Positions 25,926 through 35,547 of a stretch of 64,000 bases of DNA are shown one piece after another (the stretch's first letter is position 1; each line of letters opens with the position of its first letter). Below the pieces are notes generated by a model that was not told where the DNA came from, made no database searches, and saw only the letters and a program-made list of their open reading frames with translations. The stretch lies in IMG/VR virus record IMGVR_UViG_3300008116_000004. One strand, 5' to 3'. Source of the DNA: a virus. The position numbers and the translations under genes are program-made.

Positions 25926-26243
25926 CTATGCAATCCATATTAAATATAACAGTACCATGATAAACAAATAACCAAATAAACTCAACGGTTTTCCTTTACG
26001 GTATTTAATTTTCCTTGTTTTTTTAACACCACCCCAAGTTTCAGTTTGTCTTCTTGTCATACCACCCATGCTAATAGTGGTAGTTCTTTTAGTTTTACCG
26101 TTTGGTAATAGTGAATAAGTTACTCTGTTAGATTTATTACCGTAAGAAACACTCTGTGTAATACCTTTAGCGGAATTTTGAGTAATAGTAGTATTACCTA
26201 CTTTTCTTCTTCTAACCCAACCTCCAGTACCTTTCTTGCCCAT
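25926..26243 (-). CDS. Basic protein with C-terminal TM anchor
   Basis: K/R/T/G-rich N-terminus and hydrophobic tail. Confidence 0.55.
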   Translation of the reverse strand: MGKKGTGGWVRRRKVGNTTITQNSAKGITQSVSYGNKSNRVTYSLLPNGKTKRTTTISMGGMTRRQTETWGGVKKTRKIKYRKGKPLSLFGYLFIMVLLYLIWIA

Positions 26244-26476
26244 TATGCTGAAACTTTCACACCTATCATTTCAACTTCTGCATCAGTCTCGATCCAAAGT
26301 TTAGCACCACAAGGTCTAGGCTTATTTGGACGGTATACCATACGTGATGGTCCTTTAATGTCTACTTCCATACAATACTTAACAACGCCATTTTCTTCAA
26401 CACGACATACCGGCTCATCTTTACCATGTTTTGCATTTTGTTGTATGATATTTCTATTAATATGAATTATCTTCAT
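26243..26476 (-). CDS. Hypothetical phage protein
   Basis: IIHINRN...GPSRMVY...CGAKLWIET; coupled to gp47. Confidence 0.65.
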   Translation of the reverse strand: MKIIHINRNIIQQNAKHGKDEPVCRVEENGVVKYCMEVDIKGPSRMVYRPNKPRPCGAKLWIETDAEVEMIGVKVSA

Positions 26477-27582
26477 AATACGTCATGAGCCTCTACATAG
26501 AGATTTTGTATAATGTTTTCTACTCGTTTTCTATCTGTATTAATATTCATACTGTCAATAAACTTATTAATAATACTCATAGTATCTTCTGCTTCATTGA
26601 CAATATCATCATCTGCTTCTAAATCAAGATGAAAGTGATCTTCTACTACTTGTAGATCAGCAACCCCCGCTTTTTCTAACTTCTCGATAACAATGTCAAA
26701 CCAAAACGGATTTGTTTTATTTTTTACTACTACTTTAACATAGCAATCTTTATAATCTTTTACGTCAAAAGAAAAAACTTCATCCATATTCTTATTAAGA
26801 TCATCATAAAAGAACTTATGAAAGATCTGATTAGGGTTAGGAATAAATTCTAATGTTCTGGTGGATGTATCCAGGATATGAAACCCTTTTGTATCCACAT
26901 AGTCACTCCAAATATACTGTACAGGAGTCCCCAGATAATGGATATTACCGCTACTGGAACGAGTATGATAATGCCCAGAAAGTACGATATCGAATTTATC
27001 AAAGATCTTAGGATCGTCACCATGATCACTTACCTGTCCTTTATACATCTCATACCCAGCTAATTCAAGATGACCTAATGCAATAGGTGCTTTTGTCTCT
27101 TTAATTAACTCTAATGTTCTTTCTCTATTCTCATCACAAATCCAAGGCATGAGAAATAATCCTAGATCGTCTTTAGAAAGATGCAGGGTACAAGGTGCTT
27201 CATAGTAAATATACGTCTTAGGGTAACGCTTAATATCTCTAACTACGTCATTGTATGGCTTAGGATTACCAATAAGCTCTACTAACGAGTTTGTTGCATT
27301 GGTATTCTTGTAGTAGGTATCATGGTTGCCAGCAATAATGTGCAACTCAAGACCGCGTTCATGAACTGGATCGAGAAAATCTTCTCTAAGACGTCTGGCA
27401 GTTACATAGTTAACATACTTACGGCGATCAACGAGATCCCCAAGATGAATAATATGAGTAATGCCTTCTCGATCAATAGTAGGGAAAAAGATTTCATCTA
27501 AAAACTTCTTCATATGGTTGTGCATGATAGGAGAATCATTTCTGACTCCCCAGTGAGTATCAGTTATTAATGCTATCTTCAC
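26473..27582 (-). CDS. Recombination endonuclease subunit gp47 (Mre11/SbcD-like)
   Basis: TDTHWG, LGDLVDRR, GNHD, GHLEL, SGHYH. Confidence 0.95.
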   Translation of the reverse strand: MKIALITDTHWGVRNDSPIMHNHMKKFLDEIFFPTIDREGITHIIHLGDLVDRRKYVNYVTARRLREDFLDPVHERGLELHIIAGNHDTYYKNTNATNSLVELIGNPKPYNDVVRDIKRYPKTYIYYEAPCTLHLSKDDLGLFLMPWICDENRERTLELIKETKAPIALGHLELAGYEMYKGQVSDHGDDPKIFDKFDIVLSGHYHTRSSSGNIHYLGTPVQYIWSDYVDTKGFHILDTSTRTLEFIPNPNQIFHKFFYDDLNKNMDEVFSFDVKDYKDCYVKVVVKNKTNPFWFDIVIEKLEKAGVADLQVVEDHFHLDLEADDDIVNEAEDTMSIINKFIDSMNINTDRKRVENIIQNLYVEAHDVL

Positions 27583-27797
27583 TTAGCTACCTCTATATTT
27601 CTACTACCACGTCCGCGTTTATAAATGTTAGTATTAACTTCCATATTATGTCTACGGATTGCATCATCACAGTAATCACGAATTGCTTCTAGTCTAATAA
27701 TATAATTTAGACGGAGATTGTCTTGCTTTGTAGTAGCAAGACTTTGTGCACAATCAATAACTACCTGTGGTACTAGATGTAGTTTTTCATTCTTCAT
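27579..27797 (-). CDS. Hypothetical protein
   Basis: ORF between gp55 and gp47. Confidence 0.6.
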   Translation of the reverse strand: MKNEKLHLVPQVVIDCAQSLATTKQDNLRLNYIIRLEAIRDYCDDAIRRHNMEVNTNIYKRGRGSRNIEVAK

Positions 27798-28341
27798 AGA
27801 ACTTCTCCACGCCTGTTCTTCTTGCTTTATTCTTTTTTTGTTTTTCTGCTTGTTTCTTATCGTAAGACTCTACAAGACCTTTCATATACTCATTATCTAA
27901 ATTAACTGTGACGTTATGATCATCATCACTCATACCTTGATCAGCTAACATACCTTCAAAGTAAAAATTCTCTAATGTCTTCTGTTTAATATAAAGATGT
28001 CTTTTTTCTTTATCAATACGTCTTAGGAAAGCAAACCATATAATCTGTGTAAAGTAGGCGAATGGATTGTCTGATTTTTCTGGATTAAAATTATTAAGAT
28101 AGTTAATACAATTCTCTAATCCATCAGAGATCATTTCATCTCTATACGTATAACTAATAAAGTTTGGTTTAAGAGACAATCGTGTTGCAATCTTGTATAG
28201 ACATTCACCAATATATGCAGGTATACGTGGCTCAGGTAGATTATTTTTCTTTGCTTCTTCTATATCTCGTTTATATTGTAAGATAGCAGTATAAAACTTT
28301 TTATTATCAATATAGTGTTTGTTATTCTTACCTATAGCCAT
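27787..28341 (-). CDS. Late-transcription sigma factor gp55
   Basis: HYIDNKKF, YIGEC..KIA, NFISYTYRDEMISDG, NPFAYFTQI. Confidence 0.95.
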   Translation of the reverse strand: MAIGKNNKHYIDNKKFYTAILQYKRDIEEAKKNNLPEPRIPAYIGECLYKIATRLSLKPNFISYTYRDEMISDGLENCINYLNNFNPEKSDNPFAYFTQIIWFAFLRRIDKEKRHLYIKQKTLENFYFEGMLADQGMSDDDHNVTVNLDNEYMKGLVESYDKKQAEKQKKNKARRTGVEKFYEE

Positions 28342-28401
28342 ACTGAAACCTTTAATGTATAAAAATGAAGTTATAATTACTAATCTAGATTATTTTATTA
28401 A

Positions 28402-28728
28402 TTAATGCAAGGATTTTTGCTTTAATATCAATTCTTTTTTAGACTCTTGAGGCTTCTTAAAAGATAATTTATTTTCTTTCATCTCAGCAACTATCATTTT
28501 ATAAAACTCAAGAACGTCTTCATCAATACCTGATACACTGATAATGTTATCTTTATTAAACGCAACTATACCACCTTTTGCAAATGGCACATAAGGCATC
28601 GTATAAAGGTATGTTTCTTCTTTTAATACAATTACAGGATACTCAACGTTCATAAACTCTTCATCTTCTTTAACAACATTACCAATAATAGGTTGTACAC
28701 CTGGTACAGTAAAGAGAATAACTTTCAT
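28402..28728 (-). CDS. Hypothetical protein (between uvsW and gp55)
   Basis: ORF track; position typical of T4-like genomes. Confidence 0.6.
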   Translation of the reverse strand: MKVILFTVPGVQPIIGNVVKEDEEFMNVEYPVIVLKEETYLYTMPYVPFAKGGIVAFNKDNIISVSGIDEDVLEFYKMIVAEMKENKLSFKKPQESKKELILKQKSLH

Positions 28729-30210
28729 TTATATCTCCGTGTTGAAGATTTTATATTCAAAACCTTCGTTGTTATAGATATTTATTCTCTCCATAAAATG
28801 TTGAAGTGTAAAGTTAGTATATGTACCAGCTCTCAAGTCATCAGCAATATCATAAAGAGTCATACTGTCTTTGCTATCACCTATCCTAAGCCCACGACCA
28901 ATCGACTGAAGAATTCGAACACGAGACTTAGAAGGACTAGCAAGAACAACACTATGTAAGTTACGTATGTTGATACCGGTAGAGAAAGTTCCATAGCTTG
29001 CCACAATGATAGCATCGGATTCTTTCTCGACAATTCCTCGAATTCTTTCTCTGTCATCACCTTCCACTCCTCCGTGGACAAAAAATATTTTACGATCAGG
29101 TGCTTTAGTTTTCATCATATCAAAAAGCACTTTACCATGCTTCTCAACATATTGAAAGAGTACTAGTGAATTACCTTCTAACGATAATGTTAGATTACGA
29201 ATAAATTTATTTCTCTTTTCATGGCGTACTAAGAAATCCATCTCATCTTGATAGTTTAGTTTCTTAGTAGCCTGTCTTGTATCTTTATCGTATTGTAGTA
29301 CTAATGCTTTAATCTTCAGGTTTGCAATATGACCTTGGTCCATAAGTTCTGCAGATGTAGTAATTTGCTTAACTGCACCGAATAGACCTTCTAAAGTAAC
29401 CTTATTAGTGAGAGAACCATCTAGAGTACCAGTAAAACCAAAACGGTATTTACAATCAACTAACTTCTCCATAATTGATTTAAGAGAGGTTGCTTTAAAT
29501 AGATGAACCTCATCACCAATAACACAACCAAATTGCTTAAACCAATCTTTAGGCATCTTATAAATTGATTGCCATGTCGATATAACAACAGGTGATATAG
29601 TCACCTTATCAACACCTGCAGTAATAGAATGTATGTCTAAAGATTTACCTGCATACTCTTCAAAGTCTTTCTTCATCTGTAATACAAGAGATACAGTAGG
29701 TACAATAACTAACACTCTCTGTTTTTTAAGAATAGAAAGATAATAACAAGCAATTAGATAGATGATAAGAGATTTACCTGAAGCAGTAGGTGATAAAAAG
29801 ATAGCTCTGTTGCTTGTTATAGCAATATTAAAAGCAAGTTTTTGATAGTCACGTGGAGCTATCTTACTAATATTAGAAATATGCTCTTGTAAATATTCTT
29901 CATTTAATAGTTCACCGGATTGTAATTCAGGATCAATTTCTACATCATAGTTACGTGATGCTGCAAACTCAGAAATCTCCTTAACCAGACCTGTATAAGT
30001 GAGGCCAGTTAAGGAGTTCAACAGTCTAATTTTTCCATCCCAGAATTTATTTTTATACGCAGGTGAAAACTTTGCACCTGGTACCATAAAAGTGAGATGA
30101 TCTGAGAGTTCCTGGACCACGGAAGGTTCACTTACTACTCTCAGATAAACTTCGTTCACCTTTTGTAATAACAACCTATCACGCGCCCACCTTGAATTTT
30201 TCGTAGTCAA
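28729..30210 (-). CDS. uvsW: UvsW DNA helicase
   Basis: WDGKIRL, PTASGKS, STWQS, GDEVH, GFTGTL, QSIGRGLR; start uncertain. Confidence 0.95.
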   Translation of the reverse strand: MTTKNSRWARDRLLLQKVNEVYLRVVSEPSVVQELSDHLTFMVPGAKFSPAYKNKFWDGKIRLLNSLTGLTYTGLVKEISEFAASRNYDVEIDPELQSGELLNEEYLQEHISNISKIAPRDYQKLAFNIAITSNRAIFLSPTASGKSLIIYLIACYYLSILKKQRVLVIVPTVSLVLQMKKDFEEYAGKSLDIHSITAGVDKVTISPVVISTWQSIYKMPKDWFKQFGCVIGDEVHLFKATSLKSIMEKLVDCKYRFGFTGTLDGSLTNKVTLEGLFGAVKQITTSAELMDQGHIANLKIKALVLQYDKDTRQATKKLNYQDEMDFLVRHEKRNKFIRNLTLSLEGNSLVLFQYVEKHGKVLFDMMKTKAPDRKIFFVHGGVEGDDRERIRGIVEKESDAIIVASYGTFSTGINIRNLHSVVLASPSKSRVRILQSIGRGLRIGDSKDSMTLYDIADDLRAGTYTNFTLQHFMERINIYNNEGFEYKIFNTEI

Positions 30211-30613
30211 TTGCGCTCTTTATTAAGTAACCTCTATTACTTATCGATTTGATAATCGATTCGAGCGTATCTACTTTTTCACCTTGCATTGCAATCTTGA
30301 GATTCATTTTTATAATATCTTGATCGGCATCTATATGCATAGGGATATCAGACTTAAGAACATTAAGTCTGAATGGTTCCCATCCATTTGATTTTAGATC
30401 TTCTTCAGGTAAAATACCACGATAGTAATCGTGTTTGAGTTTAATTAACTCTCTCTTTTCTTCTTCTAATTTACGAAGTAAAAGTCTCTCTTCTGAATAA
30501 TGTCTGAGATACTTACTATGTAGTTTTGGTATCTTGAGTGCTTCTTCGCCCAACTCAGTACGGTCGACGTTACAGTCCGTTGACCACATATCCAATATTT
30601 CATCAAGTTTCAT
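30179..30613 (-). CDS. uvsY: UvsY recombination mediator
   Basis: KIPKLHSKYL, RGYLIKSAIDYEKF; synteny. Confidence 0.9.
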   Translation of the reverse strand: MKLDEILDMWSTDCNVDRTELGEEALKIPKLHSKYLRHYSEERLLLRKLEEEKRELIKLKHDYYRGILPEEDLKSNGWEPFRLNVLKSDIPMHIDADQDIIKMNLKIAMQGEKVDTLESIIKSISNRGYLIKSAIDYEKFKVGA

Positions 30614-30621
30614 AACAAACC

Positions 30622-31143
30622 TTAAATTTTAACTACTGTAAATTTCTTATATTTAAATGTTACAGTATTAGTCACATAATTTACATCAGTATCTGAAGTA
30701 GTAAAGTTTATATCACCAATAGTTACTGGAAATAGATCTTGAAAGCGCACTTCAACGTTTGGATCCATTGCACTATTCATTATAGTTAATGTAGCATCAG
30801 AAACAATAGTTTCTTTTGATCCTCTTACTGCATCTTTAATATTTTTATATTGACCAAACTCATCTGGAAAACCTAGTGCAATAATCCAATTGTAAATTTC
30901 AAAATAGTTTTCAAAATCTTCATCTACTCTAAAAGTAATCTGAAGATCACCAAAATCTATTTTATCACCAGGTAGTTCAATGATTTTAAAAGGAGTAGGT
31001 AATTCTATGAATCCAAGAGACATAGATGGAATATTAGCATCAGTCACAAAGAAGTTTAAGTTAGGCGATCTCTGTAGTGTAAACTTAAAACCTAATGGTG
31101 AAAGAAAATTAATATTATTTGGTTGATTAGCTAATATAGCCAT
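30622..31143 (-). CDS. Tail completion protein gp3 (tail-tube fold)
   Basis: NFLSPLGFKF, PGDKIDFGDL, VDEDFENYFEIYNW, SDATL; late CATAAATA at 31170-31177. Confidence 0.85.
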   Translation of the reverse strand: MAILANQPNNINFLSPLGFKFTLQRSPNLNFFVTDANIPSMSLGFIELPTPFKIIELPGDKIDFGDLQITFRVDEDFENYFEIYNWIIALGFPDEFGQYKNIKDAVRGSKETIVSDATLTIMNSAMDPNVEVRFQDLFPVTIGDINFTTSDTDVNYVTNTVTFKYKKFTVVKI

Positions 31144-31342
31144 TATCTACTCCTATTTGATAATAAGAGTATTTATGGGTTCTGTTTGCTATTTTTAATA
31201 TCTTTAACTTCATTAAAAACACCTTTAATTGCATGTACCATAAGAACAATAAAGGCGCCTATTGATACCATAGCTAAAATAAACAATGATACAATAAAGA
31301 TAAGATCTTGAGGTGAATAGCAAGCTTTAAGTTCAGTTAACA

Positions 31343-31558
31343 TTATGCAGTCTCCATCGTATCTTGATATTGCTCATATGCAAATGCTTCTTCGTCAATT
31401 TCTGCATTAATGCCGTCTACAATATTTTGTAGTTCTGACAGGATAGCTTTACTATCAGTATTATACTTCTTCCATGAAGTAATTAGTTTCTCTAACTGCT
31501 CTAAGATTTCATAACGATCACTAAACATCTTATTCACCCTTTCCATAAAACAACTCAC
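31343..31558 (-). CDS. Hypothetical early protein
   Basis: ORF track. Confidence 0.5.
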   Translation of the reverse strand: MSCFMERVNKMFSDRYEILEQLEKLITSWKKYNTDSKAILSELQNIVDGINAEIDEEAFAYEQYQDTMETA

Positions 31559-31733
31559 GCATACCTTCCATTACAATCCGATATGCTTGACGCTCTTTAA
31601 CAGAGAATTGCTCTGTCCATTCTGCATGACCTTCTTTATAAATGCCATCCATATATTCAAGAGCTTCTAAGATACCCGAATCATGATCCATTGCAAATGT
31701 GCTAATAATCGAAGTTGCTTCTGCATATGTCAT
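31530..31733 (-). CDS. Hypothetical early protein
   Basis: GGAG RBS; follows the divergent promoter region. Confidence 0.55.
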   Translation of the reverse strand: MTYAEATSIISTFAMDHDSGILEALEYMDGIYKEGHAEWTEQFSVKERQAYRIVMEGMRELFYGKGE

Positions 31734-31749
31734 TTATTTTCTCCATTTC

Positions 31750-31962
31750 TCATATTATTATAATCGTATATTTTCGTAATAATTGCAACTTATTTTTTAG
31801 GAAAAAACCTCAATGTTTTCAATGATCTAGGAAATAAAAAACTCAATGATTTCAATAGGTTAAAAATCTCAATGATTTCAATGATGTATTTTTAGGAAAA
31901 TAACAGTTGACTTATTACTCAAAAAAGGCTATATTTAATTGTCGCTAGAAGACCAGGTAAAA
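31750..31962. promoter_or_regulatory. Divergent early promoter region with three CAATG(A/T)TTTCAAT boxes
   Basis: Minus-strand TTGCAA at 31783-31788; plus-strand TTGACT-N17-TATATT at 31907-31935; boxes start at 31811, 31844 and 31870. Confidence 0.75.
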
Positions 31963-31988
31963 TTATTAAAATTTTATCTGAACCCAAA

Positions 31989-32234
31989 ATGGAGAATAAA
32001 ATGAAAGTTAACTCACCTTATCTTCCTTTTACTCAAAATATTCCTTCTAATGAAGTATATACAGAATTCCTTTTAGATATTTTAGATAGATTATCTGAAG
32101 GAGAGAGAGTTTGGTTGAATAAAGAAGAAAGAGAAAAGTTAACTGAAATCCTTGATTGTAGTTTTAATCAGGTAGAGATTTTAGATAAGGCTCAGGAAAA
32201 TACTCCTTATTATGCAATTGATCCTGTATTCTAA
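31989..32234 (+). CDS. Hypothetical early protein
   Basis: ORF track; RBS GGAG before MKVNS. Confidence 0.55.
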   Translation: MENKMKVNSPYLPFTQNIPSNEVYTEFLLDILDRLSEGERVWLNKEEREKLTEILDCSFNQVEILDKAQENTPYYAIDPVF

Positions 32235-32247
32235 AATTTAAAATAAA

Positions 32248-32270
32248 AGGAGGGAGTTAATCTCCCTCCT
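32248..32270. terminator. Stem-loop AGGAGGGAG/CTCCCTCCT
   Basis: Perfect 9-bp stem; T-rich tail on the minus strand. Confidence 0.55.
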
Positions 32271-32279
32271 ACCTTTATA

Positions 32280-32651
32280 ATGGAGAATGTTATGCGTGTA
32301 GTTATACGAAATAGTCTTAAAGAAAAACTTGCTGCTTATTCTCATATGCCCGACACTTACGAGTATGAGGGAGAAGTAGTAGCAACTCCTAAATGGGTTG
32401 ATTATCCTGCTCTTGCATTATCTACAGGTAATAGAAAGTTTCCTTTTAGACTTATTGCACACAGTGATATTATAAGCATGGATGGTGAAACAATCAAGCT
32501 AAAAATGCCAGAAGATACAAAAAAAGTTATCCAGGTTACTGGTTCTAAAGGAGACGTATATACGGTTACTATAGACGGGTCTCATAAAACTTGTACTTGT
32601 CAGGCATATACTTTCCGTCGTAGTTGCCGTCATATTGCAGAGGCAGTATAA
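32280..32651 (+). CDS. Protein with C-terminal SWIM-type zinc finger
   Basis: GSKGDVYTV...CTCQAYTFRRSCRHI. Confidence 0.7.
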   Translation: MENVMRVVIRNSLKEKLAAYSHMPDTYEYEGEVVATPKWVDYPALALSTGNRKFPFRLIAHSDIISMDGETIKLKMPEDTKKVIQVTGSKGDVYTVTIDGSHKTCTCQAYTFRRSCRHIAEAV

Positions 32652-32677
32652 TAATAGAATGGAAACAGGAGATAATT

Positions 32678-32848
32678 ATGTACTTTCGTAGACGTAAGGT
32701 TATTAACTTTAAAGAGCCAAAGTATATCGAGAATCCGTTGATTACTTTTACCTGGGATAAGATACTGATTGAAACTGATCAGGGCACTCTAGTTGTTGAC
32801 AGCAAACCTAAGAAGCGCCGTAAGAAGGAAGAAGACAGTGAAGATTGA
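32678..32848 (+). CDS. Hypothetical protein
   Basis: AGGAG RBS before MYFRRRK. Confidence 0.5.
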   Translation: MYFRRRKVINFKEPKYIENPLITFTWDKILIETDQGTLVVDSKPKKRRKKEEDSED

Positions 32849-33275
32849 TACTAAGTGTTCTTTTATCAAAGAAGAAATGATTCCAGTATTCGAAAAGGAA
32901 TATAATGCAAAGTATATTCTCGAGACGGATCTTAAGTATAAAGATGGTGGTTGGGCTAATAGACCTGCTGCAATCTTCTATACAGAGAAGGCTCATCCTC
33001 GTGGATCTAATTACTTTGCAGTATATTTTAGCGGTGACTCTCTTATGATTACTGACGGTCTTCCTTCAGTTAAAGACGTAGTGTTCTCTGGTATTGAAGC
33101 AGAAGGTGAAGTAGTATACTCACGTTATCGTCATGATTACCGCGAAGGTAAGAACGGAGCATTTGTAGATGGTGGGCGAGATTATTTTAGGTATGGTGGC
33201 GATCGGTTTTCTGATTATAATGTTGTTAAATTTAAAGTAGTGAAAGATCAACTGGAGTTTATAGACAATGTCTGA
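32838..33275 (+). CDS. Hypothetical phage protein
   Basis: Probable GTG start; YSRYRHDY...FVDGGRDYFR. Confidence 0.65.
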   Translation: MKIDTKCSFIKEEMIPVFEKEYNAKYILETDLKYKDGGWANRPAAIFYTEKAHPRGSNYFAVYFSGDSLMITDGLPSVKDVVFSGIEAEGEVVYSRYRHDYREGKNGAFVDGGRDYFRYGGDRFSDYNVVKFKVVKDQLEFIDNV

Positions 33276-33465
33276 CGATACTAACTATACTGCTGTTATT
33301 GGCTATCTTGAGAGTCGAATGGATACTCTCTATTCCAATATTATTGCGCGTGATCGGAAGCTAGCTGCAGCTAAAGATGAGGCTGATATGTGGCGCGGTA
33401 AGTGTCAACGTCTCGAGTGGGAGATTAACCAACTCCTCCGGGAGAGCTCGGAGGAGATTGAATGA
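33268..33465 (+). CDS. Hypothetical coiled-coil protein
   Basis: ORF track. Confidence 0.5.
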   Translation: MSDDTNYTAVIGYLESRMDTLYSNIIARDRKLAAAKDEADMWRGKCQRLEWEINQLLRESSEEIE

Positions 33466-33758
33466 TGAACAGACGTAGTCTATTTGGAGTGATTGCTTTA
33501 TCGCCTATTATGGCAGTAGAAGCATTTGCTAATGAAAAGCCAACAGGAGAGCCTTTAGAAGATTCAGTAAAAATGACTCTTATGGGAGCTAAGAAGAAAG
33601 ACGGTACAATGATGTATCTTGGAAATGGTTCTTCTATGACTCTTGGTAACTTTCCTCAATATGATCCTGATAAACAGGTATCAATGTCAGTAGGTGAAGA
33701 TGGTAATCTTTGGTTAAAGAGTAAAGATGGTCAATGGAAAAGGGTAGTAACAGAATGA
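33462..33758 (+). CDS. Putative Tat-exported protein
   Basis: MMNRRSLFG twin-arginine motif, h-region and AFA cleavage site. Confidence 0.6.
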   Translation: MMNRRSLFGVIALSPIMAVEAFANEKPTGEPLEDSVKMTLMGAKKKDGTMMYLGNGSSMTLGNFPQYDPDKQVSMSVGEDGNLWLKSKDGQWKRVVTE

Positions 33759-34102
33759 GTAATATCGTAGAAGAAATCTTAAAGAATGAAATTGAAGTAT
33801 TGAAGTCTAAGTATCTTCCCGAGGACACAGGACATCTTCGTACTGCTGTATCTGTATTGGAAGAACGTCTTAAAGAACTTCCTGTATCAGATCAAGCATA
33901 CTTAACTGCTCATAACATCCAGCTTGAGATGATGAAGAGCTTTGATGAGAGGCTTGATGGGTATGCTAGAAATGAAGTATGGAACCGTCAATGGGCTATT
34001 GAGCAATCATTGAAATTTAATGAATCTAATAAATATGTGCAAACAGTAGATTCAATTATCGAGACTGCTGATAGGTTTTACAATTACGTTAATAACAAGT
34101 AA
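33755..34102 (+). CDS. Hypothetical protein
   Basis: ATGA-coupled start MSNIVEE. Confidence 0.55.
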   Translation: MSNIVEEILKNEIEVLKSKYLPEDTGHLRTAVSVLEERLKELPVSDQAYLTAHNIQLEMMKSFDERLDGYARNEVWNRQWAIEQSLKFNESNKYVQTVDSIIETADRFYNYVNNK

Positions 34103-34130
34103 AAGAAAAGGGGGCCGAAGCCCCCTTTAT
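34101..34130. terminator. Bidirectional intrinsic terminator with cUUCGg loop
   Basis: AAAGGGGGC-CGAA-GCCCCCTTT between convergent genes; a second hairpin AGCAGG/CCTGCT lies at 34137-34153. Confidence 0.85.
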
Positions 34131-34158
34131 TAGTTGAGCAGGTTGATCCTGCTTTTTA

Positions 34159-35505
34159 TTACATGATGTTTGTAACAAGTACTCTACGATAGTAAGCGTT
34201 AGTACCACCAGTGATAGCACCGTCGTTAGCAGCACCTGGTGTACCCTGTACTGAACGAGCAAATGGATTTGCAACCATTCCGTAACGAGTCTTGAAGCCG
34301 ATCTTTGGCTGGAAGTCAGACTGACCAACTGCACGAACCATCTGAAGTGGTACGTATGGGCAGTAGAAGATACCAGCGTCGAATGCATTAGAACCCTTAT
34401 AACCGATAGTCATATAGTTACCAGTAGTATATGGGTCAATGTAAACGCGGAAGCGACCATTTAGGATACCTGCGAAAGTATTGCCTGTGTCATCAACCTG
34501 AAGGTTGTTTGAGTTAAGAGCAGGAGCATAATCAAGAACACCAGCCATCTGAAGAGCAGATGCAACGTCTGATGAACAGATTACGATGTTACCCTTACCA
34601 CGACGTGTGTCCTTGGCAATCTTGTTAGCTTCTCTTTCCATGTGGAACATAAGGCCCTTGAACTTTTCAACTGACCAACGGCCGTTTGAATCTGTATCAA
34701 GGTCGAATGTACCTGCAGTTGTTGTGCTGCTATCTTGAGCACCTGCACGAGCTGAAAGGTTGATTGTACGAACAACTTCACGGTTGATTTCAGCAAGAAT
34801 TTCTGACTGAAGGATGTTCGCAAGTTCTGTCTCAGCATCAAGACCATGAACTGCCTTAAGATCTTGAGCAAGTTCCATAGTGTATTCTGCTTTTAGAGCA
34901 CGTGACTGTGCAGTTACAGAAACCTTATCGATTGAGAAGGCCATTTCTGGGAATGTTAAGCTTGAACCGAAAGCTTCAGCATCTGAAGTTGCAGCACCAC
35001 CAGCGAAGTTATATGCATCAGCGCCTGCAGCTGGAACTGTACCAGTCTGTGCGTTACCGATTGTATTAGCACCTGAACGGTATGTACCAAATGCTGTATT
35101 TGCTTCATCATAAAGTGCTTCGTTGCCCTTTGCACTTGAGTTAGCATAGTTAGCACGCATTGCGAAAATAAGACCTGTTGGTCCAGTCATTGGCTGAACA
35201 CCGCAGATATCATATGCAACGAGGTTAGGCATAGAACGACGAATCAATGAGATAAGGATAGGATCGTAACCCTGTACACCAGTACCACCATTACCACCAA
35301 AACCACCTGTTGTTGCAGCATTGACTGGTGTTTCAAAAAGGTTCTGTGCGCCTACGCCACCATTCTGTTCTCTGATAGCCTTCTCAGTATTCTCAAGTAG
35401 AACTGCAGTAACATTGCGACGGTGTGCATCACCAATCTTTGGAAGATCGGAATGCTCAAGTACTGGCTTCCACTTTGCAATTAATTCTTCATTTAGATAG
35501 TTCAT
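34159..35505 (-). CDS. Major capsid protein gp23
   Basis: DICGVQPMTGPTGLIFAMR, SRALKAEYTMELAQDLKAVHGLDAE, FQPKIGFKTRYG. Confidence 0.98.
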   Translation of the reverse strand: MNYLNEELIAKWKPVLEHSDLPKIGDAHRRNVTAVLLENTEKAIREQNGGVGAQNLFETPVNAATTGGFGGNGGTGVQGYDPILISLIRRSMPNLVAYDICGVQPMTGPTGLIFAMRANYANSSAKGNEALYDEANTAFGTYRSGANTIGNAQTGTVPAAGADAYNFAGGAATSDAEAFGSSLTFPEMAFSIDKVSVTAQSRALKAEYTMELAQDLKAVHGLDAETELANILQSEILAEINREVVRTINLSARAGAQDSSTTTAGTFDLDTDSNGRWSVEKFKGLMFHMEREANKIAKDTRRGKGNIVICSSDVASALQMAGVLDYAPALNSNNLQVDDTGNTFAGILNGRFRVYIDPYTTGNYMTIGYKGSNAFDAGIFYCPYVPLQMVRAVGQSDFQPKIGFKTRYGMVANPFARSVQGTPGAANDGAITGGTNAYYRRVLVTNIM

Positions 35506-35547
35506 TTGTATCTCCTTTAGAGTTAATATAAGTTTATTTATGCGAAA

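Noticed and set aside
31811-31888. Three short repeats as a mini-CRISPR
   Set aside because: Units are about 19 bp with only 7-14 bp A-rich gaps, and single copies recur at promoters elsewhere; a protein-binding box fits better.
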